DNA of 62,410 nucleotides, the filler included, from Porpidia crustulata (lineage: Eukaryota): NCBI GenBank assembly GCA_964255105.1. It is 4 parts of 4 records of this genome, joined end to end, with 100 filler letters (N's around TTAATTAATTAA, not from the genome) between each part and the next. Parts side by side here need not be neighbours in the genome. Positions count along the whole stretch, not along the records: positions 1 to 15,541 come from CAXUWE010000300.1; positions 15,642 to 31,175 come from CAXUWE010000301.1; 2 more parts are not named here. The stretch is one strand, 5' to 3'. The notes beneath the pieces were generated by a model. The model ran no database searches. It was given only the letters and a program-made list of their open reading frames with translations, and was not told where the DNA came from. Numbering within the stretch: the first letter of the stretch is position 1; each line of letters begins with the position of its first letter. Positions 12,155 through 24,819 of this stretch are shown piece by piece. The position numbers and the translations under genes are program-made.

Positions 12155-15100
12155 TCAAGGTTTCTGCAATTGCTCCTGCACACCAAATTAGCCAACGAAC
12201 CAACATCTCCCGCTTTGAAAGTTAAAAACATACCTTGCGGAAAAACTTGAAAAACCCGCCACAAATACCCACCTGGCATAGCAGCGCGATCCAAAACCAC
12301 GCTTCCCCCAACCCCTTGGACGACAGTGCCAGGTTTGGGAACACGGTCCCGGGCCCCTGGTTATCGGGCGCGCACGCCCTCGCCACAATCGTCGCCACCG
12401 ACCCCAGCACCTGCGCGCACACGAGCGTGAACACGATATGAAACCGCGTGAGCGTCTGCAGCAAAATCATGCCGAATCCAACCCCCTGCACCGCGTCCAA
12501 CACCCCGAGCCACAGCCACAGCGAGCGGCCGATGATTGCGCCGGCGACGGGCGACCCGGCCCACGGCACCCAGAGGCCCATGCCGGACGTGGCCCACAGC
12601 ATCTGGCACCAGCGCGGGGCCCCCAGGCCGACGGCGAACATGGGAAGGATCCAGGAGTGGCGTTTGGAGAGGGCGGCGAAGGCCCAGAGGAGGGCGGCCC
12701 AGAGGCCGACGAAGAAGGCGAGGACGAGGAGGGCGATGGTCCAGGCGGGGGCGTGCTGCGAGGACCAGAGGTATTTCCAGTCGCGGCCGTAGGGGGCGGA
12801 GAGGAAGAAGTTTTGGATGAGGACGGTGATGAAGAACCACTGTTCATGGGGGCGGGATTAGTTTGGCTGGTTTTGGAGAGGGGGGAGGGATTGGAGAGGG
12901 AGGTTACCATGATGATTTTTCGGCGGGCGATAGAGCGGTAGAAGGAGGGGACTTGGCCCGGGGCTTGGCGGTAGTAGTCTGGGAGCCCGCAGAATAGAAC
13001 AAGCCCAATGGCCCACATTATGAGGGCAATGGGTATCGTGATACCGGTGAGCCCGGGTCCGTATGCTACTAAGTTTGATGCGACGACTCCGTTTATTTCT
13101 TGAGCGATTAGACGTGATCCCCAAAACCAAAGCGCGACGATGTATATTTGTTGCGTTCCTTGGATCACGCAAGCTCGGAAACTCCAAGTCGCGACTGGCA
13201 CGCTACCTGTATTATTGTCAGTATGTAATCAATACTGGACACAAGCGGAAGCATACCTTCGCTACCAAAGTTCAAAGAAAAGTAAAAGGCCCCACTGGAT
13301 GAAGCTGCTGCGTAAAACGCAGTTGCAATGTTTTGAACCCAGCCTCTGCCAAGTGCCGTCTTGGCGTAAGGCGCAAGACCGAGGAAGAAGAATGCAAGAC
13401 CATAGAATGCAAAAGGTACAGCGAGTACATAGAGGGATTTGAAGTATCGGAACAGGAGCCACCAGGAAATTGAAGTAATGAGATAGATACTGGCGATAAC
13501 GTAGAGTTTCTCGGCGGATTGTCCGACCTCACCAGTGAGTAAAGTGATCTGGTAAGAATTCGCGGCTATAATTTGACCCTGCAGCCGGAATTAGTGTATG
13601 CATGTACACACTGATGGTGGGACTTACAAAAGCGAGTAGTATCGAGTACAATGGCCAATCCCCAATCCTTCGTAGCAGAAACTTCTTCAACCCGGTCGGT
13701 GGATTATAGTCATCTTGGAGGAGAAATTGATCCGCGTCGTTATCTGGGCCACCGCCACTCGTTGGAGAATCGCTGACGACAGAGCCAGCTGGACTATCTC
13801 TTCTCATCCGGAAGACCGAGGACGCAGGAGTCGAGGCGGCAGATTTACCCATCTTAACATTGCGGAATCTGTTGAACCAATCCTTCTCGCTCTTGACCAA
13901 ATACTCTTCGACGCAGAGTGGTCCTTCGGAAGTCTTGCCATTCAGCTTTTCGAGCTTTTTCTCAAACGCATGATAGTATAGACCAGTCGGATCCGTGAAG
14001 AAAGGGTCAACGCTTTGAAGCTTGTAGTCTTTCTTGCCCTGCAGCACTGTGCCAAGGCTCAGCGTTGGATCGGTAGGTAGCGAGGATGGACCCCCAAAAG
14101 TTAAACCATTGACAGGTGGCTGAACCGGGACTAGGGGTGGGAATGATCTGCCTTGGCCCCGAATCTCATCAAAGCTTGAGCTTCTGGAAACGGGGGAGTC
14201 AGCCTCATTGCGGCGGGACGAAAGTAGCATGTCGCCTGCCGTAGGCGTGCCTGGTAGTGAAGGAGTTGGGGGCATAGGGAATTCTGTCGGCGCAAATGGT
14301 GGTAACGAGGCACTACTTGGACCAATACTTGGACCACCATGTTCCGTTTTAGCTTCCAGTGCTAGCCGGAGGGTAGCTAGCTTGGCCTTCTTCTTGCTAG
14401 CCTCCGCCTGCTCAGGCGTGAGAATATACTCGTCCACGACCTCTTCGTCAATGTTATCTTCCTCGGCAGTATTCTCTGCGGTTTCTTCGGCCATGCTGTC
14501 GTAATCATCATGGCCTCCTGGATGATGAGCGTTGCCATGGACGTCCTCGTCGACGATTTCACTAATACGAGAGACTCTGTTACCACGTACTCCAGGTAAA
14601 GGAGGAACAGTTGACGATCCAATAATGGTGCCAGTGGCGCTTGCTGGAATGGGATTTGAGATGACGGGTCTGTTACGGTTTGGACGCCGCCCTCTTCGCG
14701 AACTTTCAGGGGCTTGAGAGTCCACGGAGGTGTCCCTCGACGGATTTGGTTTACTCAAGCGCTTGCGCTTCCTGCCTGCTCGCTCCGGGTCATGGCCAGG
14801 TCCCGTTTTCAAACCCAGGGAGAGAGGAGCAATGGGCGCAGAAGGACTTGGTGCACGAGTAGAAAGCGCACTCTGCGGCCTACTGGGTGGCGCAGTAGTT
14901 GGCACACTCCATCGCCCATTCCAGAACCGCGGCGGACTAGGCATGCCGGGGACAGGTGTGGATGCACCTGAAGTATGAGGCGTCTTGAAAGCATGTTTGA
15001 GGGCCTGCTTCTGATTCAATTTGATTGCCGTGTCCTGTAAAATGGCAAGATCTTCTTTCCATTGAGCCACTGGAAATCTCTGTTTTGCAGATCGTGCGCG

Positions 15101-15541
15101 CATTGTCGCGCGAACCTTAGTCTTTGAAGATAACGCAGCTTCGATGGCCATCTTGAACTGACTGATGAGATGCTTTGTGCTTGTACTCTCGATGGTATAC
15201 CACCCTAGAATCTATTAGCAATACTCAAACAGGAGACGGAACATATCGGACTTACAGCCAGGCATATTCCCCAACCCTCCAACTCTTGCACCCACTCCGA
15301 GTGCTCCTTTGCGGCCAAATTCGACCGCAACGAGTCCAAAAGGCTCGTCGCGTGATGGGATTAAAACAAATTCTCCACCGCTGAAGATATATGGTGGTAG
15401 TGCGGTGAACTCAGGTTTAGAAAACACTCGACCTGGATACAACTCCATCATTTTGCTCAATTTCAGTGCAGCAAAGCGCCCGTGTAGATCGATGACGGGC
15501 CCAACACAAATCAGTTGAGAATTTGAATGCGCCTCTAGAAT
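12155..15541 (-). CDS. ags1: Cell-wall alpha-1,3-glucan synthase, C-terminal part (glycogen/starch-synthase-like GT domain end plus multipass membrane domain); 5' part lost at the contig edge
   Basis: [121 protein letters not shown] and terminal FFRKEQLQKP* (TGA at 12155-12157). At least five GT-AG introns. Confidence 0.95.
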
Positions 15542-15641
15542 NNNNNNNNNNNNNNNNNNNNNNNNNNNNNNNNNNNNNNNNNNNNTTAATTAATTAANNN
15601 NNNNNNNNNNNNNNNNNNNNNNNNNNNNNNNNNNNNNNNNN
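15542..15641. other. Artificial contig spacer (N44-TTAATTAATTAA-N44)
   Basis: Exactly 100 nt; the core puts stop codons in all six frames; identical to the two other spacers. Confidence 0.99.
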
Positions 15642-17775
15642 GGATGAGTGGTCGATGGAGGGGTTGGGTTGGATGAGGTATGGTTTACTCTTGCTGGGTT
15701 CGATTTCGTGGCTGGTGTAGGTTCTGGTTTTTCCGTTTCCTTAGGTGGAGGAGGTGGTGGTCCCTCAAACAGCCTTTCCCAATCACAAGCCCATCCCCTC
15801 CCCACTTCACCCTTCCTACCCTCGCCCAGGTCCACACTTTCCCACTGTACCCTCTTTCCTTTTGGTCTTTTCTCCCAATCCGCTTTCCTCTTCTCCCTCT
15901 CAATGCACTCCCATTCCCATCCTGAACTCGTCCCCGGGAAGTCACCTGGGAACCATGGCACGCCTTGTTCAAAAGCTAGCTGCCTCTTCTCTCGGAGTCC
16001 GCCGAAGCGTGGATTTCCTCCTGAGGAGAGAGGATAGTGCATTATGGAGTACCAGACTGGAAGGACACATTTCCATGGGAGGAGAACCGTCCAAGAGCCT
16101 TGGGTGCTACCAGAGGAGGATCGAGATGCTAATAGTAGGACAGGGATGTGAGGATCTCGAGGAAGAGGGTCAGGGTAGGCGCCAGGGAGAGCTGCACCTT
16201 TGCGGCGATTTATCGATTTTTGGCTGGGAAGAAGACGAGAGGCCTCAAAGCGGGCCACGCGGGAGAACATAGTCGGAGCTGGCTGAGAAATATCTGGTGG
16301 CCATGCTGATAGAATGTGGAGAAGATCTTCACTCGAATTCGGGGACAAGGGATGTTTTAATGTTCGCGGTGGGTAATGCAACCGAGGATCACAGATGTCG
16401 AAAGCTAGGAGAGCATTGACAGGCAATGAAGCTGGATTTGTCACGGCTGCCAACTTTTGCCAGATACTTGCTGGTGAATTGGAATCTAAAGAATTTTTTT
16501 CGGTAGTAGCGATTGGCTGCAGTGTCGAAACCAAAGCTTCCGAAGACCCAGGCCCAGTGATTTCTATACTCCCAATTTCGAACCTGAGATCCTCGATCAT
16601 AGCCGGCGGCCGTTGAATCTTTGAAACTCTCAAGATCTCAGTCCAGGCTTGTAAAAACGCGGAAGGGTAGACGCGAATAAACAATCTCCTCGTGGGCTTC
16701 TTCCCTGATCGGCTTTTCTCCGCGGTCACTGTGCCATCCATTCCTTCGATACACCACACAACGTTCACTCTTGCCATCCACTGCTTTTCTCCATCTCTTT
16801 CCTGGATCCACCCCTCCCAGCTTCTCGTGCCTCTCCTCCATTTGCCTTCCCTTTTACCAGTCAGAATGTTCTCATCAACTCCTATGGCCCTTAGAAGACC
16901 TAACAAACTCTCCTCAACACCCTCAACCCCAATGGTACTCATATAGCTTGTGTCCCAGGCGACACAACCCCGTTCCGATCCCGCACGATGTGTGGCTCTG
17001 TAGCATTTATCCGTGGGGGTCAGTGGAATCGCAAATCGCCATAGCGGTTCCTTGGGAGATGTCATTTGCGACCTTTTAGCATGATACAAATGCGTAGGGA
17101 GCCAAGACTTGTGGATTTGGCGCTTTCGAAATTTCAAAGCTGGTTGAGCTGGCTTCGCAAGTGTGTTTCGTTTGGATTTGGTTACAAAATCTTGCGGTTT
17201 CGTGACTTCAGGGTTTGGCTCTTTAGACTTCGCCTTTCTCTTCTTCGCGAGAGCTCCTAATTCCTGGAGCTTCTTGGCAGTTTCCAGGCGAAGGCGCATG
17301 TGTGGAGTAGGCTTTCGACGCCTTGCAGATACAGTCGGTGTGTTATCATCCTTCATCTTCGCACTTCCAGGTTGTCGTCAGTCATACAACATCCCAATCC
17401 TGACCCGTGCTAATCGCTCTGAGATTGGGACCCACTCACTTCCTTGGCCGCCCTTGACCTCAATCTCTTCGGCACTCTCTTCACATTGTGGCTTGCGGTT
17501 CTTCTCCTCAGCTCCTTAGGTAGTGCCTGGAATGCCCTAGAAGTCAACGACTTTTTCGAAGCCCCCATACTGGCCTCCATCGCCTTGATTTCAAATTCGC
17601 GGGCCTTGACAAAAGCCGACACGTCGAGATCACCATTTTGATTAAGAGCTTCCTCAGAAGCCTGGGCTAGAATACTCCGCGCGGAGGAGGTTTTGACGCG
17701 TTTTGCTGCACGGTTTGGTTGGGGAGTTGCTGAGGTGGGAGGTTGTTTTCGCTTTGCAGGCGGCGGAGGTGGCAT
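15642..17775 (-). CDS. POP1: RNase P/MRP protein subunit Pop1, 3'-truncated at the contig edge
   Basis: FVKAREFEIKAM, RAFQALPKELRRRTASHNVKRVP, WLPTHLYHAKR, WDTSYMSTI, WTVLLPWKCV and FEQGVPWFPGDFPGT are Pop1/POPLD signatures. ATG 17775; intron about 17437-17357. Confidence 0.95.
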
Positions 17776-18010
17776 TTTGAAAGCACTCAAATAACTTTGG
17801 TCCTTCCAAAATTCTTCGATGGACTATGACGAGGTCATTACATAAAGCGCACTCAAGGGTTGACCAGGAGTTTCTCTAGCATGCGCGCAAGGGATTTAGG
17901 TATATTTTGAGCTTGCGAGCTACGCGCTACCCGGCACAGGAGGGAATCTCAATCCCCAAACTCCTTAAATATTGGGGTACAACATCGCGCATAGCAATCA
18001 AATGTCATAA

Positions 18011-18584
18011 ATGTCTACTTTGAAACCACCCTTTACTGCAAGTACCGCCCATCAGAAAGTCAAAGCTGCTCAAGCGCTCTGGAACACGCAGTTAGTGTTC
18101 CCTCCGTGCACCTTGTCTCCTTCCCTTCGCAGCCCATCCTAGCTGACCCTCGACCTCTAGAAACCCCCAAGCAGTTGCCAAAGCCTATACCCCAAATTGT
18201 ATCTGGCGTAATCGCTCCACCTTCCTCCGCGGCGAACCCGCTATCGTTGCATTCCTGACCGCCAAATGGAAGCGCGAGCTTAGCTACCGTCTCCGTAAGG
18301 AGCTGTTCTCCTTTAATGAAAACCGCATCGCCGTGCAGTTCTGGTACGAGTACCAAGACGCCAAACGACAGATGATGTGGACGAGAACCTACGGGATTGA
18401 GCACTGGACGTTTGCAGAGGACGGGAGGATGGAGAGCAGGATGATGAGCGGAAATGATGTGAGGATAGGGATGAAGCTAAGAGGTGGAGAGAGGTGGTTC
18501 GGAGATGATGTAGAGGATGTGGATAGTGTGGATATCACTAGGCAATTGGAATGGCAGGGCGGAGGAGTCGAGAGGGCGGCATAG
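18011..18584 (+). CDS. DUF1348 family (SnoaL/NTF2-like) protein
   Basis: Spliced translation (intron 18091-18160): MSTLKPPFTASTAHQKVKAAQALWNT-NPQAVAKAYTPNCIWRNRSTF...KWKRELSYRLRKELFSFNENRIAVQFWYEY...RTYGIEHWTF, typical of DUF1348. Confidence 0.88.
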
Positions 18585-18748
18585 GTGGCGAAGAGGTTGG
18601 TCAGGGGAAGAGATTTTTCAACTCTGTGCTTGCTATTTAGTTACATTTCCAACTTTTTACATGTTTTGGTTCTGCGTGTTTTCGTCTCCATGCTTGAGCA
18701 GCTATGAAACTTCCATTTCACCTCGAGGTGCTCCTCACGAAGCCTTTC

Positions 18749-20196
18749 CTACTCTTCCCAAAATTCCTCATTGTCCACATATGGGTCAAGTCTCTCCATC
18801 AAATCTTCTTCACTCATGTCTTCACCCTGCCATTCATACTTCACGCCACCTACGTATTTGGGTGGGATAAGTACATTGCTCACAACATGAATGACGCCAT
18901 CTTTAGCGATGCCATCTTCAATTGTAACATCAGAGAATCCATTGATCTTGATGCTGATGAGCCTGCCGAAGCGAGCAACATCGATGCTCAGCGACTTATC
19001 CTGGAGTAATGTGGGAAGATCAATCTGAGAAAATTCATCAGTATGGGATTTAATCGGTAGGTAACCGACATACATGGAAAAGCCCTTTGGGGATACTGGC
19101 CTGGGAAACGGCGTCGGAGGTGTAGTACGCGTCGGAGTATAACGTTTGGTTGGCAACGACGTGGTACATGAGCAAAGCTTTGAGATATTTTTGCCCATAA
19201 CGGCTGAACAGGAAACCGTTGATTTTCGGACCAAGTTTCTGGAAGGCAAAATTCGACGGCGCGAAAACTGTACCCCCAGCGTGGTTCGAAGTGTCGTTCA
19301 GCTTCTCGATCAAGCCAGTTTTTGTCAAACCGAGTTCTAGGGTACTGAACTCGCCAGGAAGAAGCTGGATGATTTCGACGGCCTTCGGAGGTGGGATCAG
19401 GATACTATCGACTCCATGAATGACGCCGTTGGTCCCAAACTATGCATGTCAGCGAAGGCAAATCGAACTCTACCAGCTCATTGCTCACGATGTCAATAGC
19501 GATAATTCGGCTGTAGAAGTTGACAGTCAAGCCTCGAAGGCCGATGTTGGTGCTCAGCCGCTGCATTTCGCCGGCAAGATTTTCACCAACCAGCGCTGTT
19601 GGAATCGTATGCGTAACCAAAATGCGACCGGCTGGGTAGAAATCTGCCGAGACGTGGTATAATAAGACCTTCTTGATATCCTCCTTGGATGGCTTGTGGT
19701 CTCCAGGAATCTTCTCGAAAGCTTTGTCGACTGGAGCAAAAATTGTGTAATTGGCTGCCGTTCCGTTCAAAAGAGTCACAAGATCCTCATACTCGTTTAT
19801 AAGTTGCGCAAGTTTGGTCGTATACTTGCTCTCTGCAATCAGTTGATAGACTGTCATGTTTGGCTTGTGATGGTGGCCCTTGCGGCTATGCCCGCCATCA
19901 ATACTGTGAGCGTCGCTTTCTAACCATGACTTGGTCTTGCAGGTGGTCTTTTCAATCGCCTGGGAAGAATCATGACCACTCTCAATGCCGAAATCAAGGG
20001 CATTCTTTGAAGTCTTTACAACCCTAGAGATGGTATTCTCGAATTCTTTGGCGAGCTGATTTTTGGTAGGGAATTTGTCGAAGATCGAGTTGGAGCTTCG
20101 CTGTGATTCAATCACAATCTCGCTCATAACCTTTTCATCGGGAACGACAAAGCCAGTGGCAAGGGCCACGAATGGTAGCACAGAAGTAACCTTCAT
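18749..20196 (-). CDS. Secreted fasciclin (FAS1) domain protein with two FAS1 domains
   Basis: Signal peptide MKVTSVLPFVALATG; FAS1 motifs YTIFAPVDKAF, VLLYHV, NGVIHGVDSILIPP, TVFAPSNFAF and DGVIHVVSNVLIPP. Two introns join three ORF pieces. Confidence 0.92.
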
Positions 20197-20605
20197 GGTT
20201 GAAGCTGGTATACAACGACAGAAACTTGAAAAGGTTAATGTTCAAAGAGATTTTGGTACAACCATAAGATGGCTCGTGGACCTGTTGCCTAAACGCAGAC
20301 GCGCGTTGTGGAGTGGGCTTGGGCATTGGTGACGCCTCGATTCGATCCACCCGTCATTTACTCAGCTGCCGGAGTACGAAATCATTGCGGCGCCTCTAGC
20401 GTAACCAACACGTACAGAAACCACTGTCTTGCTTTACACCATACGTCGCTCTTCACAGCTTTCTACGTACACGTCAGGTATCTGCTTAAGTGGCACAGTT
20501 ATATCAGTTCCATGGTGCTGTATAGACAAGAAATGGGAAACCTTGTACACCTCGATTCGCCTGTGGAAGATGGGGTCACTTAGAGTAGACTCAAACTAGT
20601 AGAAG

Positions 20606-20619
20606 TAACCCTAACCCTA
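20606..20619. promoter_or_regulatory. Interstitial telomere-like motif (TAACCCTAACCCTA) in the divergent fasciclin/thioesterase promoter
   Basis: Two tandem TAACCC units (telomeric TTAGGG complement) in the intergenic region between divergently transcribed genes. A binding role for a Tbf1-type factor is inference. Confidence 0.4.
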
Positions 20620-20801
20620 TGTCAGCTGACCCGTTGAGGGGCGAAAAGGAGTAGATCCCTGTGACGGTCTGATTAGACCCTGTACCCCACATCGCGATAG
20701 CTCAATTTTCCCCGGAAAGTCCTCCGTCGGCTCTTGCAGATACTCTGTACAGCATTTTCTCCAAGGACGTCAGACCAGCAGGAATAGCGCGTTTGCAGGC
20801 T

Positions 20802-21812
20802 ATGGCCGGTCCTGCAGCACTGGTAGTTCCAGCTTTCAAAAAACATACAGCGACCGTGATCTTTGCCCATGGGCTAGGTGATAGGTACACTCATAACATC
20901 CTCTGCATTGTATATTGAACCCGAGCTTATCGATGACAGTGGTTATGGATGGTATGAGATATCTGAGCACTGATACTGAAGTATTCGGCCATCTAACGAT
21001 TGTTAGGATGCCTATTGCGGAGAACTTTAGACGAAGGGGTAAATTCGAAGAAATCGCTTTTGTCTTTCCAAACGCCCCAAGCATACCTATCACAGTGGTA
21101 TGATCGTCATTCAGACCCAGGATGAGATCCAAGTCTGACAAGACGGTACATAGAACATGGGTGCAAGGATGCCAGGCTGGTACGATATTGTGAGGCCACG
21201 CAATACTGTTCGATGCAATAATATCTAGAAGTTCTCCCCGGTCATCTAGTCGCTAATTTTTCTTCTTCAAGACTACATTTGACGACCTCGCCCAAGCTCA
21301 TGATCATCCTGGCATTCTCAAGTCTCGAGACTTTTTCAATTCACTCATTGAATCGGAAATGGATAAGGGCATACCATCATCACGAATAATCCTGGGTAGG
21401 CTTTTGTGCGCGGGTATCTCCCGAGTCCAGAAGCTGAATGTCTCTAGGTGGATTTTCCCAAGGCGGAGCTATTTCTCTGTTTACAGGAGTCACCTGTCCG
21501 AACAAGCTTGGGGGAATATTTGGTCTTTCAAGTTACTTGCTGATGCAAACGAAGATCAAGGACTATGTACCATCGGATAGTCCAAATAAGGAGACTCCGA
21601 TATTTATGGGCCATGGAAATGTGGACCCTATTGTCAAACACGAATGGGGTCTTCAGACTGCACAGGCATTGAGGGATATGGGTTGGACAGTGGACTTCAA
21701 CACCTACGCTGGTCTGGCCCACTCAGCCGATCCGAAAGAAATCGACGACCTCGAAGCATATATTGCAGAGAGACTGCCCCCTCAAGAGCGTGAAGTATCC
21801 TCTAGGAGATGA
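20802..21812 (+). CDS. Acyl-protein thioesterase 1 / lysophospholipase-like carboxylesterase
   Basis: Spliced translation gives HTATVIFAHGLGDSGYGW, FVFPNAPSIPITVNMGARMPGWYDI, nucleophile motif GGFSQGG, GHGNVDPIV and GLAHS. Includes a 12-nt micro-exon at 20940-20951. Confidence 0.93.
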
Positions 21813-22311
21813 CTAGCACTCGGAATCTTTCCGTCAGGCGGCTTCAACATAATGCAGTACTTCATCGGAGTGGTATTGCTTATTGCCATACTCTTCCATT
21901 TTAGAGCTCAGGCCATAAAAGGAAGGATAGACAATAAAAGGAGGCGTGGATAAGTTAGGTGCAATCATGTCTCTACCTTATATGATTCAATCTACAACCT
22001 AGTTGAAATTGGTGATAAACACTATGAGGTTGCGAGCATGGTTCAAAGAGTAGGTAGTTATCTCTGTAATTGCCCCACCAACGATGACAAACAACCCCAC
22101 CACTTCCAGTGACTGTTGAGTACGAACTCCAACCCGACACCCGACACGAAGTAAGGAATAAGGTACCTTAACAAATACTTGTTCGTATTCTTTCGAGAGG
22201 TCTATGCGCAATATACAGCGACCTCTGTTTACTGGTTTTGTAGGTCTGTTGATCGGTCTCATTGTAAACCATTTCCTTAGGCCAAAGTCATCACCCCCGC
22301 ACGCTGCAACG

Positions 22312-23040
22312 ATGTCTGGTCTTAAAGCTGGAGACAATTTCCCGGAAGGGGTTGTATTCTCGTAAGTGCATCAAATAGCTACATCCACTGCTGGCTCATA
22401 AGACAATAATCTAGTTATATTCCCTACACAGAAGAGAAAGAAGAGATTACGTCCTGCGGCGTTCCCCAGGCGTACAATGCAAGCAAGGAATTTGCAGATA
22501 AGAAGGCCGTGGTCTTTGCGGTACCAGGTATATACTCGATCGGAAGGTTAGATGATACACCAATGATGAACGTCAATATATAGGAGCTTTCACCCCAGGT
22601 TGCTCTGTAAAGCATCTGCCAGGCTATATCCAAAATCTCCCCCAAATTAAGTCGAAAGGCGTCGATATTGTTGCAGTCATTGCTTTCAACGACCCGTTTG
22701 TCATGAGTGCCTGGGGCAAAGCCAACGGTATCAAGGGGGATGATATTGTAGACAATCCAGTCCACAGACTCAGGGTATTTGGGCATAAGCTTACTGTGCA
22801 ATAGCTTTTCTTAACAGACAATGAGGCAAAATTCTCCAAATCTATTGGATGGACAAGAGGCGAGAGGACTGGCCGTTACGCTGTAATCATTGATCACGGC
22901 AAGGTTATCTATGCGGGAAATGAACCAGGAGGAGATGTCACGGTCAGTGTCATGATGAGAGATAGTAAACACTCGAAAAGGTCGAACTGACAGCCGTTGG
23001 ATAGGTATCAAGCGCTGACGCTGTGTTGGGGAAGCTTTGA
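22312..23040 (+). CDS. Peroxiredoxin of the Prx5/Ahp1/Pmp20 type (five exons; absent from the ORF track)
   Basis: Spliced translation [21 protein letters not shown]...ITSCGVP...[18 protein letters not shown]...[10 protein letters not shown]...[13 protein letters not shown]...[11 protein letters not shown]. Peroxidatic PxxFTPxC motif plus an N-terminal Cys placed like the Ahp1 resolving Cys. Confidence 0.95.
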
Positions 23041-23268
23041 GGCGCCCGAGGCTTGAATCCTGGTCGATTAACGTCGAAGGGATTTCAACATTCTCAAGAA
23101 CCGTTGGGAAAGCTACAAGCAGTTCCCGGATTGGAGCAAGACTCAAATAAACCGTTTAGATCATTTAGATCATTGAATTGATAGATAGCGAACAGAAATC
23201 AAATCAAAGCTCTTACACGCTCTAGACTGTCTATCATGGACAAGCTACTCGTTTCTACCCTCATCGTG

Positions 23269-23306
23269 TAGGGTTAGGGTTTCAAGCACGTACAGCCCTA
23301 ACCCTA
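23269..23306. promoter_or_regulatory. Inverted pair of telomere-like motifs upstream of the FMP46-like gene
   Basis: TAGGGTTAGGG (23269-23279) and CCCTAACCCTA (23296-23306) form a perfect 11-bp inverted repeat with a 16-nt spacer. Confidence 0.5.
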
Positions 23307-23542
23307 GGTGTAATGGACCGATGAGGGGTGTGGTCGTGGAAAAGAGTAATTTCGCAGCCGAGAACTTGCCGCGCTAGATATCCAAGACCGTACGGCTCTC
23401 TACGACCTCTAAATTTATATATTTGTTCACTATTGAAGCCCCGAACACTGACCATTCGATTTTCACTGGACCAGTCCTGTAGCCCGAAAATTGAAAGTAT
23501 CGCCACTACTATAATCGACTTCAGCTACTGCTCCAACACATA

Positions 23543-24140
23543 ATGTTCCGCTTTGTGAGTCCCTTGGGAGTTTGAGACGCTGTCACTACTAATAGTAGGT
23601 CACAGCATAAACCACTGGATGTCATAACGCTGTTTCACCGACCCTCTTTACCATCATCTATGCGTGCTCATGCTCTTTTAAAACAAATATCAGCTCAAGC
23701 CGCTGAAACCGCGACCATGGACCAGGCAACCGACCATACTGCACAGAACACTACCCAAAGGTCCGACTTCCAACTGGACATTACTGAACAAGCTCCGACC
23801 GGCGACCAATTAAGGACAATATTTGAGTATATAGGGCCTAGAAAGGCAAGGGACGTAGTAGATGGTGCCAGAGACGAAGCAGACGCGCTAAGGAAGCTGA
23901 AAGAGGACCCCAGAAAATTCCGGGCCCCGGTTGTAAGTGCAGCCTTCTTTGCCTGGCAGTGAAGACTTTTTCTAATCTGATATGCAGATTGTGGACTGGA
24001 ACAACGGTCGAGCTGGTAAGTGTGCGGGCACGTTTTGGCCGATTGACTCTACTTTGCTTATATAAACCTCAGTCCTTGGAGATAGTGAATCCGAGATTAT
24101 GAAGATGATAGGTCAACTACCCAAAGAAACAGGCTCATAG
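23543..24140 (+). CDS. FMP46/DUF1687-like thioredoxin-fold mitochondrial protein
   Basis: Spliced translation MFRF-HKPLDVITLFHRPSLPSSMRAHALLKQ...FQLDITEQAPTGDQLRTIFEYIG...RAPV-IVDWNNGRA-VLGDSESEIMKMI; three GT-AG introns. Confidence 0.8.
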
Positions 24141-24819
24141 GCTGAAGCGGCTCAGTCTTTGGCTTCTTTGATTCACCATACTATCAATTGAAAGTATTGT
24201 TGACGACACGAAAGAAGCCCCTGCAAGCCGTATCCAATTGGACGATACACCGCCTGATGCACAAAATAGAGAGTAAGAGATATCTTCTATGAATCTTCAA
24301 GCTCACCAAACCAGTCTTCGCCACCCTAAGAGGTAAATCCTATCATGTCAGGCGGCATCTGTCTTAATCGCCCTCAGCAAGGGAGGTTGAGTAAAGTCTA
24401 TTCAGTGAATCATGTGGAAGAGCGTCAGTAAGCTATCACATACTTCTCGTCGCTCAACCCTGTCACACATGCCCGGTGATATCAGGAAGATGTGATTGTA
24501 AGAATCGCCTTTATTCGCTTTTGTCTGGCGTGTACAAAATCTTAAATGGTAGTGAAGCCAAATTCAACAGTATGAATGAAGCCTGATATTCCCTCTGTAA
24601 CCCACATTCTTCTCACCATCATCTTTTGAATGCTTATGACTTCATGCTGGCTTGATACCAGCAGTATCTTGTTTTCTTAGAGATAATCGATTATTGGAAA
24701 CTGCGACGGAGGATAAGCTCATCAATTATTTTGCCTACGGCTAATCCCTTGCTCTTTCTGGCAAGTGGCTGTTTTGCTCCATCTGTGCTTGCCTAGGGAG
24801 TCGCAAGTCGCGGACGCCC

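Noticed and set aside
12235..12941. Several 100-170 aa plus-strand ORFs over ags1
   Set aside because: Shadow ORFs caused by the local high GC content of the real minus-strand gene.
15586..15597. TTAATTAATTAA repeated three times at about 15.6-kb spacing, as a possible piggyBac target site or periodic element
   Set aside because: Each copy is flanked by exactly 44 N on both sides; it is a synthetic six-frame-stop linker.
22312..24140. Peroxiredoxin next to a thioredoxin-fold FMP46-like gene as a redox pair
   Set aside because: The FMP46-like translation has no CxxC motif, so it is unlikely to be the reductant; the adjacency is probably incidental.
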